From a virus (Duplodnaviria; Caudoviricetes): a stretch of DNA of 49,549 nt. The notes beneath the pieces are model-generated. The model had not been told where the DNA came from. It ran no database searches and saw only the letters and a program-made list of their open reading frames with translations. Both the position numbers and the translations under genes were made by a program. Positions 1 to 7,920 of this stretch are shown here, in pieces. The DNA is taken from the IMG/VR virus record IMGVR_UViG_3300033076_001226, positions 1 to 49,549 of that record; one strand, 5' to 3'. Numbering within the stretch: the stretch's first letter is position 1; the number at the start of each line of letters is the position of its first letter.

Positions 1-77
1 TCCTCTGGCTCATCGACACACGGCCACCAGCAACGCGCCGACGGCCACCAGTCCCAACACCCACGCCAGGCGGATCG
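1..77. repeat. 77-bp exact repeat, copy 1 (copy 2 at 48622-48698)
   Basis: tcctctggct...ccaggcggatcg is identical in both places and diverges at the next base (a vs c). Confidence 0.95.
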
Positions 78-126
78 ACCAAGCCATCAGCCACCAGCCC
101 CACACACCGCGTTGGTACGGGGTCAC
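10..126 (-). CDS. Small hydrophobic membrane peptide, 38 aa (MTPYQRGVWGWWLMAWSIRLAWVLGLVAVGALLVAVCR)
   Basis: Manual translation; GTG start preceded by GAGGG; C-terminal half shared with 48631-48750. Confidence 0.55.
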   Translation of the reverse strand: MTPYQRGVWGWWLMAWSIRLAWVLGLVAVGALLVAVCR

Positions 127-139
127 AGATTGCCCTCAT

Positions 140-238
140 TGACCACGCCCGGAGTCGAACCGGGTCGGTGCGTCGTGTGTGCAGTTGCCCCTTGGGCCGG
201 CCGCACACCTCGACGCCACCGAGGCCCTCGCCGTGGTC
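140..238 (-). ncRNA. tRNA-like structured RNA (acceptor stem plus T arm, long central helix, no anticodon arm)
   Basis: GACCACG/CGTGGTC-A acceptor stem; CCCGG-TTCGACT-CCGGG T arm; central helix TCGGT/ACCGA, GCGTCG/CGACGC, GTGTGCGG/CTGCACAC, GCCC/GGGC. Confidence 0.7.
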
Positions 239-542
239 AGGCTGCCGCGTCGTGGATGCTGATAATCTCGTGGCTGAGCCCGGTTGCCGGCAGCGGGTTC
301 TCCAGCGACCCTAGCGCGAAGGTATGCGTCTCCGAGCTGGCGCTGAGCCCGTCGGCGTTGATGACCACCACCTGGAACCGGACGGTAGAGGACGCCGCCA
401 CATCCACCGTAATCGACTCCACCTCCGGACCAACCGACACCGCCGTCTCCGCACCATTAATCGCCGTCACCACCCGGACATGCTGGATGTCCTGGGAAGG
501 CGACTTGACCCAACTCAACTTCACCGTCGCAACATTCGCCAT
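237..542 (-). CDS. Fibronectin type III-like beta-sandwich protein, first gene of the late-strand operon
   Basis: VKLSW...RFQVVVINADGLSASS pattern typical of Fn3 folds. Confidence 0.55.
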   Translation of the reverse strand: MANVATVKLSWVKSPSQDIQHVRVVTAINGAETAVSVGPEVESITVDVAASSTVRFQVVVINADGLSASSETHTFALGSLENPLPATGLSHEIISIHDAAA

Positions 543-595
543 CGCTAGCCCCCGTTCGAGTAACCACCGGCCAACACAGCCAGCGGCAGTGACAG

Positions 596-623
596 ATTAT
601 CACCGGCAGACTGCAAGTGCCAA
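596..623 (-). promoter_or_regulatory. Putative sigma70-type promoter of the minus-strand operon
   Basis: TTGGCA-16 nt-GATAAT on the minus strand, about 55 nt upstream of the 542 start. Confidence 0.35.
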
Positions 624-648
624 CCGGCGGTGGTCCGGGCGAGGACGT

Positions 649-684
649 GTCACTTTGCAAAGTGACCAAAGTGACCAAAGTGAC
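649..684. repeat. Perfect 18-bp palindrome GTCACTTTGCAAAGTGAC merging into three tandem CAAAGTGAC units
   Basis: Read directly; lies in the divergent intergenic region between the two arms. Confidence 0.85.
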
Positions 685-931
685 GGGGATGACGGGAGGG
701 TCTTAAGCACCCCAGGAGTCCCTCGCGACCCCCCGGGGGGTGTGGCTCAAGGCTCCGGGGCCTGGCCGGCGAGCGGGCCTGGGAAGGCCGGCCGGCGGGG
801 TCTGGCGGGGGTCTGGCGGGTCGGAAGGCATCGCGTGCGATTTGACGTAAGTCCTTGACTGTGACAGGGTTGCATAGTGCGGGAACATGACCATTTCACA
901 CCATCGGCACATTGTGCAAGGCAGGTGACAG

Positions 932-1156
932 ATGGACCCAACGGCGTGTGCAAAGCGGATCAAAACGGCTATGGCAGACGGCGACCATACGGAAGTGATT
1001 GCGGGCGTTCGGGATTTGACACGGTGGCTTGACCGTGGCGGGTTCCTTCCTGTGGTCCCGTGGGCTACGGGATGGGACAGGAAGGCTTGGCAGTGGTGGT
1101 GTGTGGAGATGGTACGGGACGCACGTGGGATGTTGCGTGCTTTATCCATTCGCTAA
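932..1156 (+). CDS. Hypothetical early protein
   Basis: ORF with AGGTG RBS; first gene of the plus-strand arm. Confidence 0.65.
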   Translation: MDPTACAKRIKTAMADGDHTEVIAGVRDLTRWLDRGGFLPVVPWATGWDRKAWQWWCVEMVRDARGMLRALSIR

Positions 1157-1243
1157 CCGTTCTCCTCATCCTGCACACTCGACATCGGGGCCGGGTGTGA
1201 CGGGGTCGGAGGTGGTGGGATGACACACTTCAGGGGGCCGGTG

Positions 1244-1486
1244 ATGCGACTGTACAACCTGGGTTCGGTGGTTCGGGTGACTGTCAGCGAGCGTGAGGTT
1301 GACGCCTTCAATAGTCGGTGGCCGGGGTCGTCCCTGGCCGGGCTTCACGCGTTCGAATTCGAGGTCCGGTCGGGTGACTTGGTCGGGCATGACGGTCGGG
1401 GAGATGGGCCGGAAGCGGTTGCGTTGGCCGATGACGCGCAGCGGTGGGCGTGGAAGCGGTTGGGGCTCAAGTTGGTTGGTCGGTAA
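1244..1486 (+). CDS. Hypothetical early protein
   Basis: ATG after a CAGGGGG RBS; protein-like composition. Confidence 0.65.
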   Translation: MRLYNLGSVVRVTVSEREVDAFNSRWPGSSLAGLHAFEFEVRSGDLVGHDGRGDGPEAVALADDAQRWAWKRLGLKLVGR

Positions 1487-1514
1487 CTCAACACACATTC
1501 AAGGGGGTCGCACG

Positions 1515-1928
1515 ATGTGCGTTCATCGTTTGCTGCGGTCGGCGCGTCGTCGGTACTCACACATGATGGCCCACGCGGGCTACTCCTACACCGAAGCCGA
1601 AGGGCCGGAGCGGGGCCAGCGTCGGTGCTCTCGGGAGCTGGCGGCGGCTGTTGTGCGGTTCCGGGAGTACGGGGGCGAGTTCCTGTGGTCAGTGGACCAT
1701 GAGGCCACTGCGGAGCGGGGCGAGCGGCGGGACGCTCCGCTCTACCAGTGCGGGGCGGTATTGCCTGCGTGCCCGGATGGCGGGTGTGACGACAGGTGGT
1801 GTGGTGGGGCCGGTGGGCGGGGAACCAGTCTTGGTGCCGTCGACCTGGGGCCGGACGGGGACGGGCCGCATCGGGAAGTGGTAGAAGCCCAGTTGGCTTT
1901 GGAGCTTATGGGGAGGGTTCGGGCGTGA
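1515..1928 (+). CDS. Hypothetical early protein
   Basis: ATG after AAGGGGG; ends SLGAVDLGPDGDGPHREVVEAQLALE. Confidence 0.6.
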   Translation: MCVHRLLRSARRRYSHMMAHAGYSYTEAEGPERGQRRCSRELAAAVVRFREYGGEFLWSVDHEATAERGERRDAPLYQCGAVLPACPDGGCDDRWCGGAGGRGTSLGAVDLGPDGDGPHREVVEAQLALELMGRVRA

Positions 1929-2149
1929 CGTACCCAGATGGTTCGGGCGTGGTGGTGGTGGACGGTGTCCGGCTATCGGTCGGATGCCGTCGGCTCGATG
2001 GTTCGCGACACGTGTACGCTCTGAGCGACTGGGGCCGCGTGTCGGAGTTGGTGGCCGCCGGTGTTCTGGCGGTTGACGTGTGGCACGGCGACGGCACGTG
2101 TGGGCACGACAATTACCGTCTGTTGGGGGATCACTGTGAACCGTCGTGA
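1925..2149 (+). CDS. Hypothetical early protein
   Basis: GTGA start/stop overlap with the previous gene. Confidence 0.5.
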   Translation: MTYPDGSGVVVVDGVRLSVGCRRLDGSRHVYALSDWGRVSELVAAGVLAVDVWHGDGTCGHDNYRLLGDHCEPS

Positions 2150-2318
2150 AATCGAGGAAGCCGAAGCGGCTGTTCTCGCGCTGGAAGTGCAGCTACGCCT
2201 AGCGCGTGAGCGGCTGCGTGAACTCCGCCTGGCGGCCGGCCGGCGACCGGGTGATGGATCGGACCAGTTGACTTTGTTCGGGGGTGAGTCGGCCCCCGTG
2301 ACACCGTCGATGTTTTGA
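2136..2318 (+). CDS. Small coiled-coil protein with a QLTLF motif
   Basis: GTG after GGGGGA; heptad helix followed by DQLTLFG. Confidence 0.55.
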   Translation: MNRREIEEAEAAVLALEVQLRLARERLRELRLAAGRRPGDGSDQLTLFGGESAPVTPSMF

Positions 2319-2360
2319 ACACACGGGCCGGGAAACCCGGCCTTACTTTCAGGAGCACAC

Positions 2361-2750
2361 ATGCGACACGAGCGGGCAGCACACGTGCGGTTCTGGTCAT
2401 GGGAGAACGGTGGATGGGTCAAGGTGGCCATTCCGGCCACCGCGACTCAAGACGACCCCGTTTGTCATGGCACGGGCGGGCAGACAGACGAGGGGTGGGC
2501 GTCGTCCTTGCGGTACTGGTGGCGTGATGTGATCGACGGTGAAGAGTGGGTGTACGAAGCGAACGTCGACGAGGGTAGCGACTGTGACGGCGGCTACTCC
2601 CACGTTACCGTTTGCCGGTTCCGGGTGGCCGATGGCCTCCGGCCGGCAGTGTGGGATGACCACGACGTGCCCGGGGTGATGGTTCCCGCTGACTGGCAGC
2701 GGATCACGGCGAGTCGGCGGGACCAGTTCGCAGAGCTGGCCGGCTACTGA
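2361..2750 (+). CDS. Hypothetical early protein
   Basis: CAGGAG RBS; includes DEGSDCDG and RDQFAELAGY. Confidence 0.75.
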   Translation: MRHERAAHVRFWSWENGGWVKVAIPATATQDDPVCHGTGGQTDEGWASSLRYWWRDVIDGEEWVYEANVDEGSDCDGGYSHVTVCRFRVADGLRPAVWDDHDVPGVMVPADWQRITASRRDQFAELAGY

Positions 2751-2807
2751 CCCCTCCTACCGCTCCGTGGGTGGCACCGGGGCGATGGGAGCGGCCAATT
2801 CCGGCCG
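2751..2807 (+). repeat. Structured intergenic element, copy A
   Basis: CCCCTCCTAC-(variable stem)-GATGGGAGCGGCC. Confidence 0.75.
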
Positions 2808-2871
2808 GTGTGACAGGGGTAGATAGCTCGGTGGCACAATGTGCCATCCGACACATTCACGAGGGCGAAAC

Positions 2872-3405
2872 ATGACGACGACATCGGGCAACGACTGGGT
2901 TTCGACCGTGGGCCGGCCGGCCTACGAATCGCTCCGGGACATGGTTGCGGCCGCGGATGTCGACTGGGAGCGGTTGGAGGAACTGCGCGACGACCGGGAC
3001 CGGGCAGACTCACCGGAAGCGTGGGCGGCAGAGTCTCCGGAGGATGCGGAGGAACTGGCGGAGTTAGAGGAGTTGGTAGGCGACTGTGCCGACTGTGCCG
3101 ACCGCGACGACGCCGAAACGCGCATCGCGGAAGACCCGCTGTCGGTTGAGTTCCGGTCGGGCTGGTGCACTTCCCCCGACGATTTCGAGCCGGAGGAATT
3201 TTGTGTGCTCCTGACGACCGGCGGGCCGGCGGTGCGGATCATCGGCGAGTTAGACCGCGGGGAACCGACTTCGGCACTATTGGAGGTTCAAGACTGGGGC
3301 AAGCCGTGGACGGAGTACATTCCACGTGATGAATCGGGCACGGTGTGCCCCGGCTGGCGGGATGTGCTGGTGAGCTACTGTCGGCGGGTGGTTTGTGTGG
3401 GCTGA
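2872..3405 (+). CDS. Acidic phage hypothetical protein
   Basis: PLSVEFRSGW...EEFCVLLTTGGPAVRIIGEL motif that I recall from phage hypothetical proteins. Confidence 0.75.
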   Translation: MTTTSGNDWVSTVGRPAYESLRDMVAAADVDWERLEELRDDRDRADSPEAWAAESPEDAEELAELEELVGDCADCADRDDAETRIAEDPLSVEFRSGWCTSPDDFEPEEFCVLLTTGGPAVRIIGELDRGEPTSALLEVQDWGKPWTEYIPRDESGTVCPGWRDVLVSYCRRVVCVG

Positions 3406-3407
3406 GC

Positions 3408-3474
3408 GGCGGCCCCTCCTACCCCTCCGGTGCCAGTGGCCGGGTGGGTGGGAGCGGCCGACGTTTCGACCGCG
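3408..3474 (+). repeat. Structured intergenic element, copy B
   Basis: GGCGGCCCCTCCTAC-(stem)-GTGGGAGCGGCCGAC. Confidence 0.75.
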
Positions 3475-3492
3475 ACACGACAGGGGGATGCG

Positions 3493-3840
3493 ATGGGAAA
3501 CGGCGTGCGGGTGGCAGTTAACGGGGCGAGTGTGTGCACCGGGCCTGGGGCCGATGCCCCCGGGGATGGCTGGTATTCGATGCTCGACGTTCAGAACGTG
3601 ACCCCCGAGGAGCTGGGGCGGATCATCGCCGAGGAGTTGGCCGTCTGTGACCTGTCGAGCGGCGGGTATGGGGAGCCGACCGCGCTGGAACGGGGCGGCA
3701 CGTTGTACCTCAACCTGACCCTCAAGATTCGGCGGGGGGAGGTGTTCGGCGACGACGAGGAGCACGACGAGCGGGAGAAGCGGAAGGCCAGTGCTAAGGA
3801 GTTCGCCGACTTCATACACGGGCTGCTGAATGACCGCTGA
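3493..3840 (+). CDS. Hypothetical early protein
   Basis: ATG after CAGGGGG. Confidence 0.65.
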   Translation: MGNGVRVAVNGASVCTGPGADAPGDGWYSMLDVQNVTPEELGRIIAEELAVCDLSSGGYGEPTALERGGTLYLNLTLKIRRGEVFGDDEEHDEREKRKASAKEFADFIHGLLNDR

Positions 3841-3841
3841 G

Positions 3842-3900
3842 GGCGGCCCCTCCTACTGCCCCCGTCGTGCGGGGGCGATGGGAGCGGCCGACATCCGGCC
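3842..3900 (+). repeat. Structured intergenic element, copy C
   Basis: GGCGGCCCCTCCTAC-(stem)-GATGGGAGCGGCCGAC. Confidence 0.75.
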
Positions 3901-3919
3901 CGTATCAGGAGTACCTATC

Positions 3920-4114
3920 ATGTGCGAGTTCTGCCCGTCTGTTGGCGGTTCCAAGTGTGTCGTTTGTGGGCACGATCACCGGCCGGCCGTTCGCACGGTC
4001 GCCGACGTTCGGCGGTCGCAGGAAGGCCGGGTAACGCCGGTTACCGATGCCCGGCCGCTGGCGGCCCGCATTCGGCAATGCACCTCCCCCTATTTTGCGG
4101 AGGGCGGGCGATGA
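3920..4114 (+). CDS. Small Zn-ribbon protein
   Basis: CAGGAG RBS; CEFC...CVVC. Confidence 0.55.
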   Translation: MCEFCPSVGGSKCVVCGHDHRPAVRTVADVRRSQEGRVTPVTDARPLAARIRQCTSPYFAEGGR

Positions 4115-4788
4115 AGGCAGCGGAGCGGATCAAGGCCCCGTGTCCCCAGTGCCACGCCCCAGTAGGCCGGCCATGTGTTGACCCGCTGGGCGAGCCGATG
4201 GGCCGGCCCCACAAAGTGCGGGGGCCTGGCCAACTTGAGGCACACAAGGCGCAGCAAGCCGACCGTATCAACACGAGCACCCGGCAAAGCTACGGCCCGT
4301 TGTTCGCGCATCTGGCGGAGGCGGAGGCCGTCACGGCAGCCGACTTGATCGAACGGGATCGGCGTGCGGCCGCTGGGCGGTTCGACCGGCCGGAACCGCT
4401 GGGCGTGTTGTTGCTCCGGTCGTGCAACCGGTTCATCGAAACGCTCTATGTGTCGCACCTCGCCCGGGAGTTGGAACGGCTTGCCCCGGGTGTCGGCGGT
4501 CGGTTGGCGGCTCACGCTCTGGCGACCTACCCCCGGGATTACCTCCGCTCGATGCTCCGCCGGTTGTTCACAACGACCGAGCGGAAACAGATCGAGCCGG
4601 TTCGCGTCGAGGCCGACAGCGCTGTTGGCTGGCGGCTGGAGTACCGAACGACCTGGGAGCCCCAGGCCCCGCTTATGTCGAACGAGGAGTTCGACCGGTT
4701 GTACCGGGCGCCGGATCACGTCGGCGGCCTGGGCGATACCGATGATGACCCGGCCGGCCTCTTTGCCCGGACCATCGGGCGCTTGTGA
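4111..4788 (+). CDS. Protein with an N-terminal zinc finger
   Basis: ATGA overlap; CPQC-x7-C...H pattern. Confidence 0.7.
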   Translation: MKAAERIKAPCPQCHAPVGRPCVDPLGEPMGRPHKVRGPGQLEAHKAQQADRINTSTRQSYGPLFAHLAEAEAVTAADLIERDRRAAAGRFDRPEPLGVLLLRSCNRFIETLYVSHLARELERLAPGVGGRLAAHALATYPRDYLRSMLRRLFTTTERKQIEPVRVEADSAVGWRLEYRTTWEPQAPLMSNEEFDRLYRAPDHVGGLGDTDDDPAGLFARTIGRL

Positions 4789-4858
4789 CACCATCCCAGA
4801 CTATGCCCCGGGCACATTGTGCCACGGGGCGGAAACCTCATGCACACAGGAGCCTGAC

Positions 4859-5077
4859 ATGACCGCGACCCGATCTACAGCCACCGTGACCGCGTTCGGT
4901 GAAACCCTGTCCGTTGAATGGACCATCGAGAATGTATGGAATGCCGGCGTGTTCGGTCGACACGCGACGGCCCGTGAGGCTCTCCGCGGGCCGGTTGAGG
5001 GCCTGATTTCGAACAGCGGGGACGACCCCGCGGATTACGACATCGACGAGATCCTCGACGGAATTGTGATCGACTGA
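4859..5077 (+). CDS. Small acidic hypothetical protein
   Basis: CAGGAG RBS; stop codon falls in the first units of the GACT array. Confidence 0.65.
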   Translation: MTATRSTATVTAFGETLSVEWTIENVWNAGVFGRHATAREALRGPVEGLISNSGDDPADYDIDEILDGIVID

Positions 5078-5115
5078 CTGACTGACTGACTGACTGACTG
5101 ACTGACTGACTGACT
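5072..5115. repeat. (GACT)11 simple sequence repeat
   Basis: 44-bp perfect tetranucleotide array. Confidence 0.95.
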
Positions 5116-5165
5116 CACCTTCACCCGCCCGGCTCCACAGCCGGGCCAGACTTGGAGCAACGATC

Positions 5166-5735
5166 ATGACCAGCGTGATTGATCCGTGTGACTGGTACTA
5201 CGGCCCGGTGCGCATTGGTGCCTCCCGCGGGGTGCTGGCCCACACTCCGACTACATCGGCCATATTTGGGAAGAGTGGCGACCGGCCAGCCAAAAATAGT
5301 AACCGGGTCCGCGCCCTCAAGAGCCATTGCGGCCGGCTCGCCCGAGCCGGCTGGAAACAGTTGGCCCGGCTCGTGTGGCGGGCCGCGACCACACGAGCAA
5401 CGTATGAGGACGACAGCGTCCATGAGACGCTGGGGGTTATCGAAAGGAAGTTAGAAGATCTAGCTCGGGCATACCACTACCAGCAGGGCGGGATCGTCGC
5501 CGGCAGCGTCTCCATTGAGACTCTGGAGGCTATGATGGGGCGGAGGCCGATCGTGTATCACGATGGCCGTAGACACATTGCCGCACGTGCCGCGGATGGC
5601 TACTGCCGTGATGAGGACGGTCAGTTGTTTGCCCGTCGACACGTAATTCCCGCGGTCCCGGATATCCCGGAATTAGCTGAGGATATAGCTCGCTTCCGGG
5701 CAGCCCCCGCATACCGCGATCCGGCCACAGCCTGA
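5166..5735 (+). CDS. Hypothetical protein
   Basis: GGAG RBS; 189 aa. Confidence 0.7.
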   Translation: MTSVIDPCDWYYGPVRIGASRGVLAHTPTTSAIFGKSGDRPAKNSNRVRALKSHCGRLARAGWKQLARLVWRAATTRATYEDDSVHETLGVIERKLEDLARAYHYQQGGIVAGSVSIETLEAMMGRRPIVYHDGRRHIAARAADGYCRDEDGQLFARRHVIPAVPDIPELAEDIARFRAAPAYRDPATA

Positions 5736-5801
5736 CCCCAATCCTAAGCGACACGGCCCCGGGCTCAACACCCGGGGCCGCTCACATTTCAGGAGTTCCC
5801 G

Positions 5802-6653
5802 ATGGTTCCGGAGGAATGGTCGTTCATTCTGCACATTGTGCAGAACCCCACCGACCGCTTTGCGCGCGGCGTGTACGCGGATTGGTTGATTGAGCGCGGC
5901 GACGAGGAGGGCCAGCGGCGAGGGCGGTTTATTCTCGACTGCGTGTACGTGCGGGCTTCGCAGTGCGTGTGCCAGGACATGACGTGCGCGTGGTGTGAAT
6001 CGTTGGATCGGATATACCGCTATCTTGCCGAATGCCCGCCCATCTGGCTGGGCCGGGGTGTGGACGTCGAGATTGTGACCTCGGGCCGGCCGGCCTGGTA
6101 TCACACTGGCAGCCACACGGGCCAGTCGCTTTTTGCGATGTCGCACCTGATACGCCCCCAGGATTTACTCGACGCCCTAAGTCAACCGGTCGTAATTTTC
6201 ACCCGGCCGCAGGAATACCGATTCGCGGCCGTCGCCGATGGGTTTTCGGCGTCGCTCTTGTTACCGCGGCTTATCGATGAGCCGGTTATTGCGGTGGGCG
6301 ACATGCCGCCCAATGGGTTGGTTACTGTTCAAGAGCGCAGATCGACCGCAATGCAATGGTTTCGACGTTTTCGAGATCAGGCATGGGCCACCGTGGACAA
6401 GTTGAGCCAGCCGGGCAACTACCAGGTGATTCTCCGCACTCACGCCGGGCCGCGGTTGGCCGATCCGCTGGGCACCTCCGGTCGGCTGGTACACGTCGCG
6501 TTATCGCATCGCTTGGCATCGGTCGGCCCCGATGGCGTGAAGACCGAGGCGGCGACGGCGTGGGTCAGGCCGTCCGAGATTCGGGAGATAGTGGAGTTGA
6601 GGGCGGGCAGCGAGCGAATTACTTCCACACAAAAATACATCGAGCTATTCTAG
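5802..6653 (+). CDS. TIGR02996-like domain protein (divergent)
   Basis: FILHIVQNPTDRFARGVYADWLIERGD...RGRFI resembles the AIxxxPDDxxxRLVYADWLEE...RAEFI signature. Confidence 0.7.
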   Translation: MVPEEWSFILHIVQNPTDRFARGVYADWLIERGDEEGQRRGRFILDCVYVRASQCVCQDMTCAWCESLDRIYRYLAECPPIWLGRGVDVEIVTSGRPAWYHTGSHTGQSLFAMSHLIRPQDLLDALSQPVVIFTRPQEYRFAAVADGFSASLLLPRLIDEPVIAVGDMPPNGLVTVQERRSTAMQWFRRFRDQAWATVDKLSQPGNYQVILRTHAGPRLADPLGTSGRLVHVALSHRLASVGPDGVKTEAATAWVRPSEIREIVELRAGSERITSTQKYIELF

Positions 6654-6790
6654 TTGATTTTGAGATTTTCCGCGAAATTCTCGCCCGGCCGGGCTTGTCT
6701 TGGCCGGGCGAGTCGCGTTAAATGGCCACACCGCCAGCGTGCACAATCAGCAATTCCAAGCCCGGGCGGTGCCACGCACAGGAGCAACAC

Positions 6791-7156
6791 ATGAGCAAAT
6801 TGGGTCAGCCGACCCAGCGGGTACAGATTCAGATTCCCGGCCGGCACTTGTGGGCGGAACTGTACCGCAGCCCACACCGGCCAGGGGGAGTTGTCGCGGT
6901 CGTTCGGGACGGGGAGCGGATCGTGTTCGAGACGACCGCATACGACAAGGCTAACGGTGTCGACGCAATTGAGTGGTGGCTGGCGGCCAACACGCCGCCC
7001 CCACCGACCCTGTTGGCAAAGTTCGTCAACGGCTGGGAGCCGCCTGCCGGCGGGCCGGGGGCGTCCAGCAAAGAGCGAGTCTATTACGAAGCGTGGGCCG
7101 CCCAACAGCGGCGAGCCATGCCGCCGGTCGAGCAGGAGACCGGTGGGGAAGGTTGA
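6791..7156 (+). CDS. Hypothetical protein
   Basis: CAGGAG RBS. Confidence 0.65.
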   Translation: MSKLGQPTQRVQIQIPGRHLWAELYRSPHRPGGVVAVVRDGERIVFETTAYDKANGVDAIEWWLAANTPPPPTLLAKFVNGWEPPAGGPGASSKERVYYEAWAAQQRRAMPPVEQETGGEG

Positions 7157-7191
7157 TTGATCGATCGACAACTACACACCAGGAGACCGCG

Positions 7192-7920
7192 ATGAGCAGC
7201 ATTGTCCCGGCCGCAGGGCCGGACCCCCTCTCCATTCTCGACAAGGCCATCACCAGCGGCGTCGGGTCGGCCGACCTGACCCGTCTCTACGAACTGGTCG
7301 AACGGCATCGTGCGGCCCAGGCCGCCGAGGCGTTCGCGAGGGCGGTGACCTCGTTCCAGGCGGAGTGCCCGGTCGTCAAGAAGTCGCGGCGAGCAGAAAT
7401 CCGGGGCAAGACGGAATACGGGTACAGCTTCGCCTCATTCGACGATGTGATGGCTGCCGCGGCCCCGATCCTGGCACGCCACGGCATCGTCGTCACGTTC
7501 TCGTTCCCGCCGGCCGAAGGGCCGATGATCCGGGTCATCTGCCGGGTCCGGGTTGGGACCCACGTTGAAGAGACGGAGATGACCGTCCCCGTGCCGGTGA
7601 TGTCGGTCAACGACACCCAGCGGCTCGGGGCGGCCGTCAGCTACGCGAAGCGGTATGCACTTTGTGCCGCATTGAACATCGTCGTGAGCGACGAGGATGA
7701 CGACGCCGAGCGGCTGGTAACCCTGGCGTCGGAAGCCGACATCCGCCTCATCCGGGAGTTGATCCAGTCGAAGCGGGTGGACCTTGCGAAGTTCTTGACG
7801 TTTGCCGGGGTGCCTGACCTGGATTCGATTACAGCGGCCCAGGCCCCCGCCCTCATCCAGACCCTCCGCCGCAAGCCCGTCGTTGCGACGGCTACACCAT
7901 CGAAAGGAGATAAGTCGTGA
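7192..7920 (+). CDS. erf: ERF-family single-strand annealing protein
   Basis: YSFASFDDVM...ILARHGI and QRLGAAVSYAKRYALCAALNIV..DEDDDA match the ERF signature; adjacent to an exonuclease. Confidence 0.85.
   Translation: MSSIVPAAGPDPLSILDKAITSGVGSADLTRLYELVERHRAAQAAEAFARAVTSFQAECPVVKKSRRAEIRGKTEYGYSFASFDDVMAAAAPILARHGIVVTFSFPPAEGPMIRVICRVRVGTHVEETEMTVPVPVMSVNDTQRLGAAVSYAKRYALCAALNIVVSDEDDDAERLVTLASEADIRLIRELIQSKRVDLAKFLTFAGVPDLDSITAAQAPALIQTLRRKPVVATATPSKGDKS

Noticed and set aside
140-238. Standard tRNA or complete tmRNA
   Set aside because: No D stem or 7-nt anticodon loop; no G3-U70 pair, tag ORF or pseudoknots; too short for tmRNA
842-878. Early sigma70 promoter or dif-like site around CGTAAGTCCTTGACTGTGACAGGGTTGCA
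   Set aside because: The TTGAC hexamers lack a correctly spaced -10, and the dyad symmetry is too weak to call
2751-3900. CRISPR-like or integron attC array
   Set aside because: The repeats flank whole genes but lack GTTRRRY/RYYYAAC ends, and no integrase or Cas gene is present
5072-5115. CRISPR array
   Set aside because: Pure tetranucleotide repeat without spacers; no cas genes
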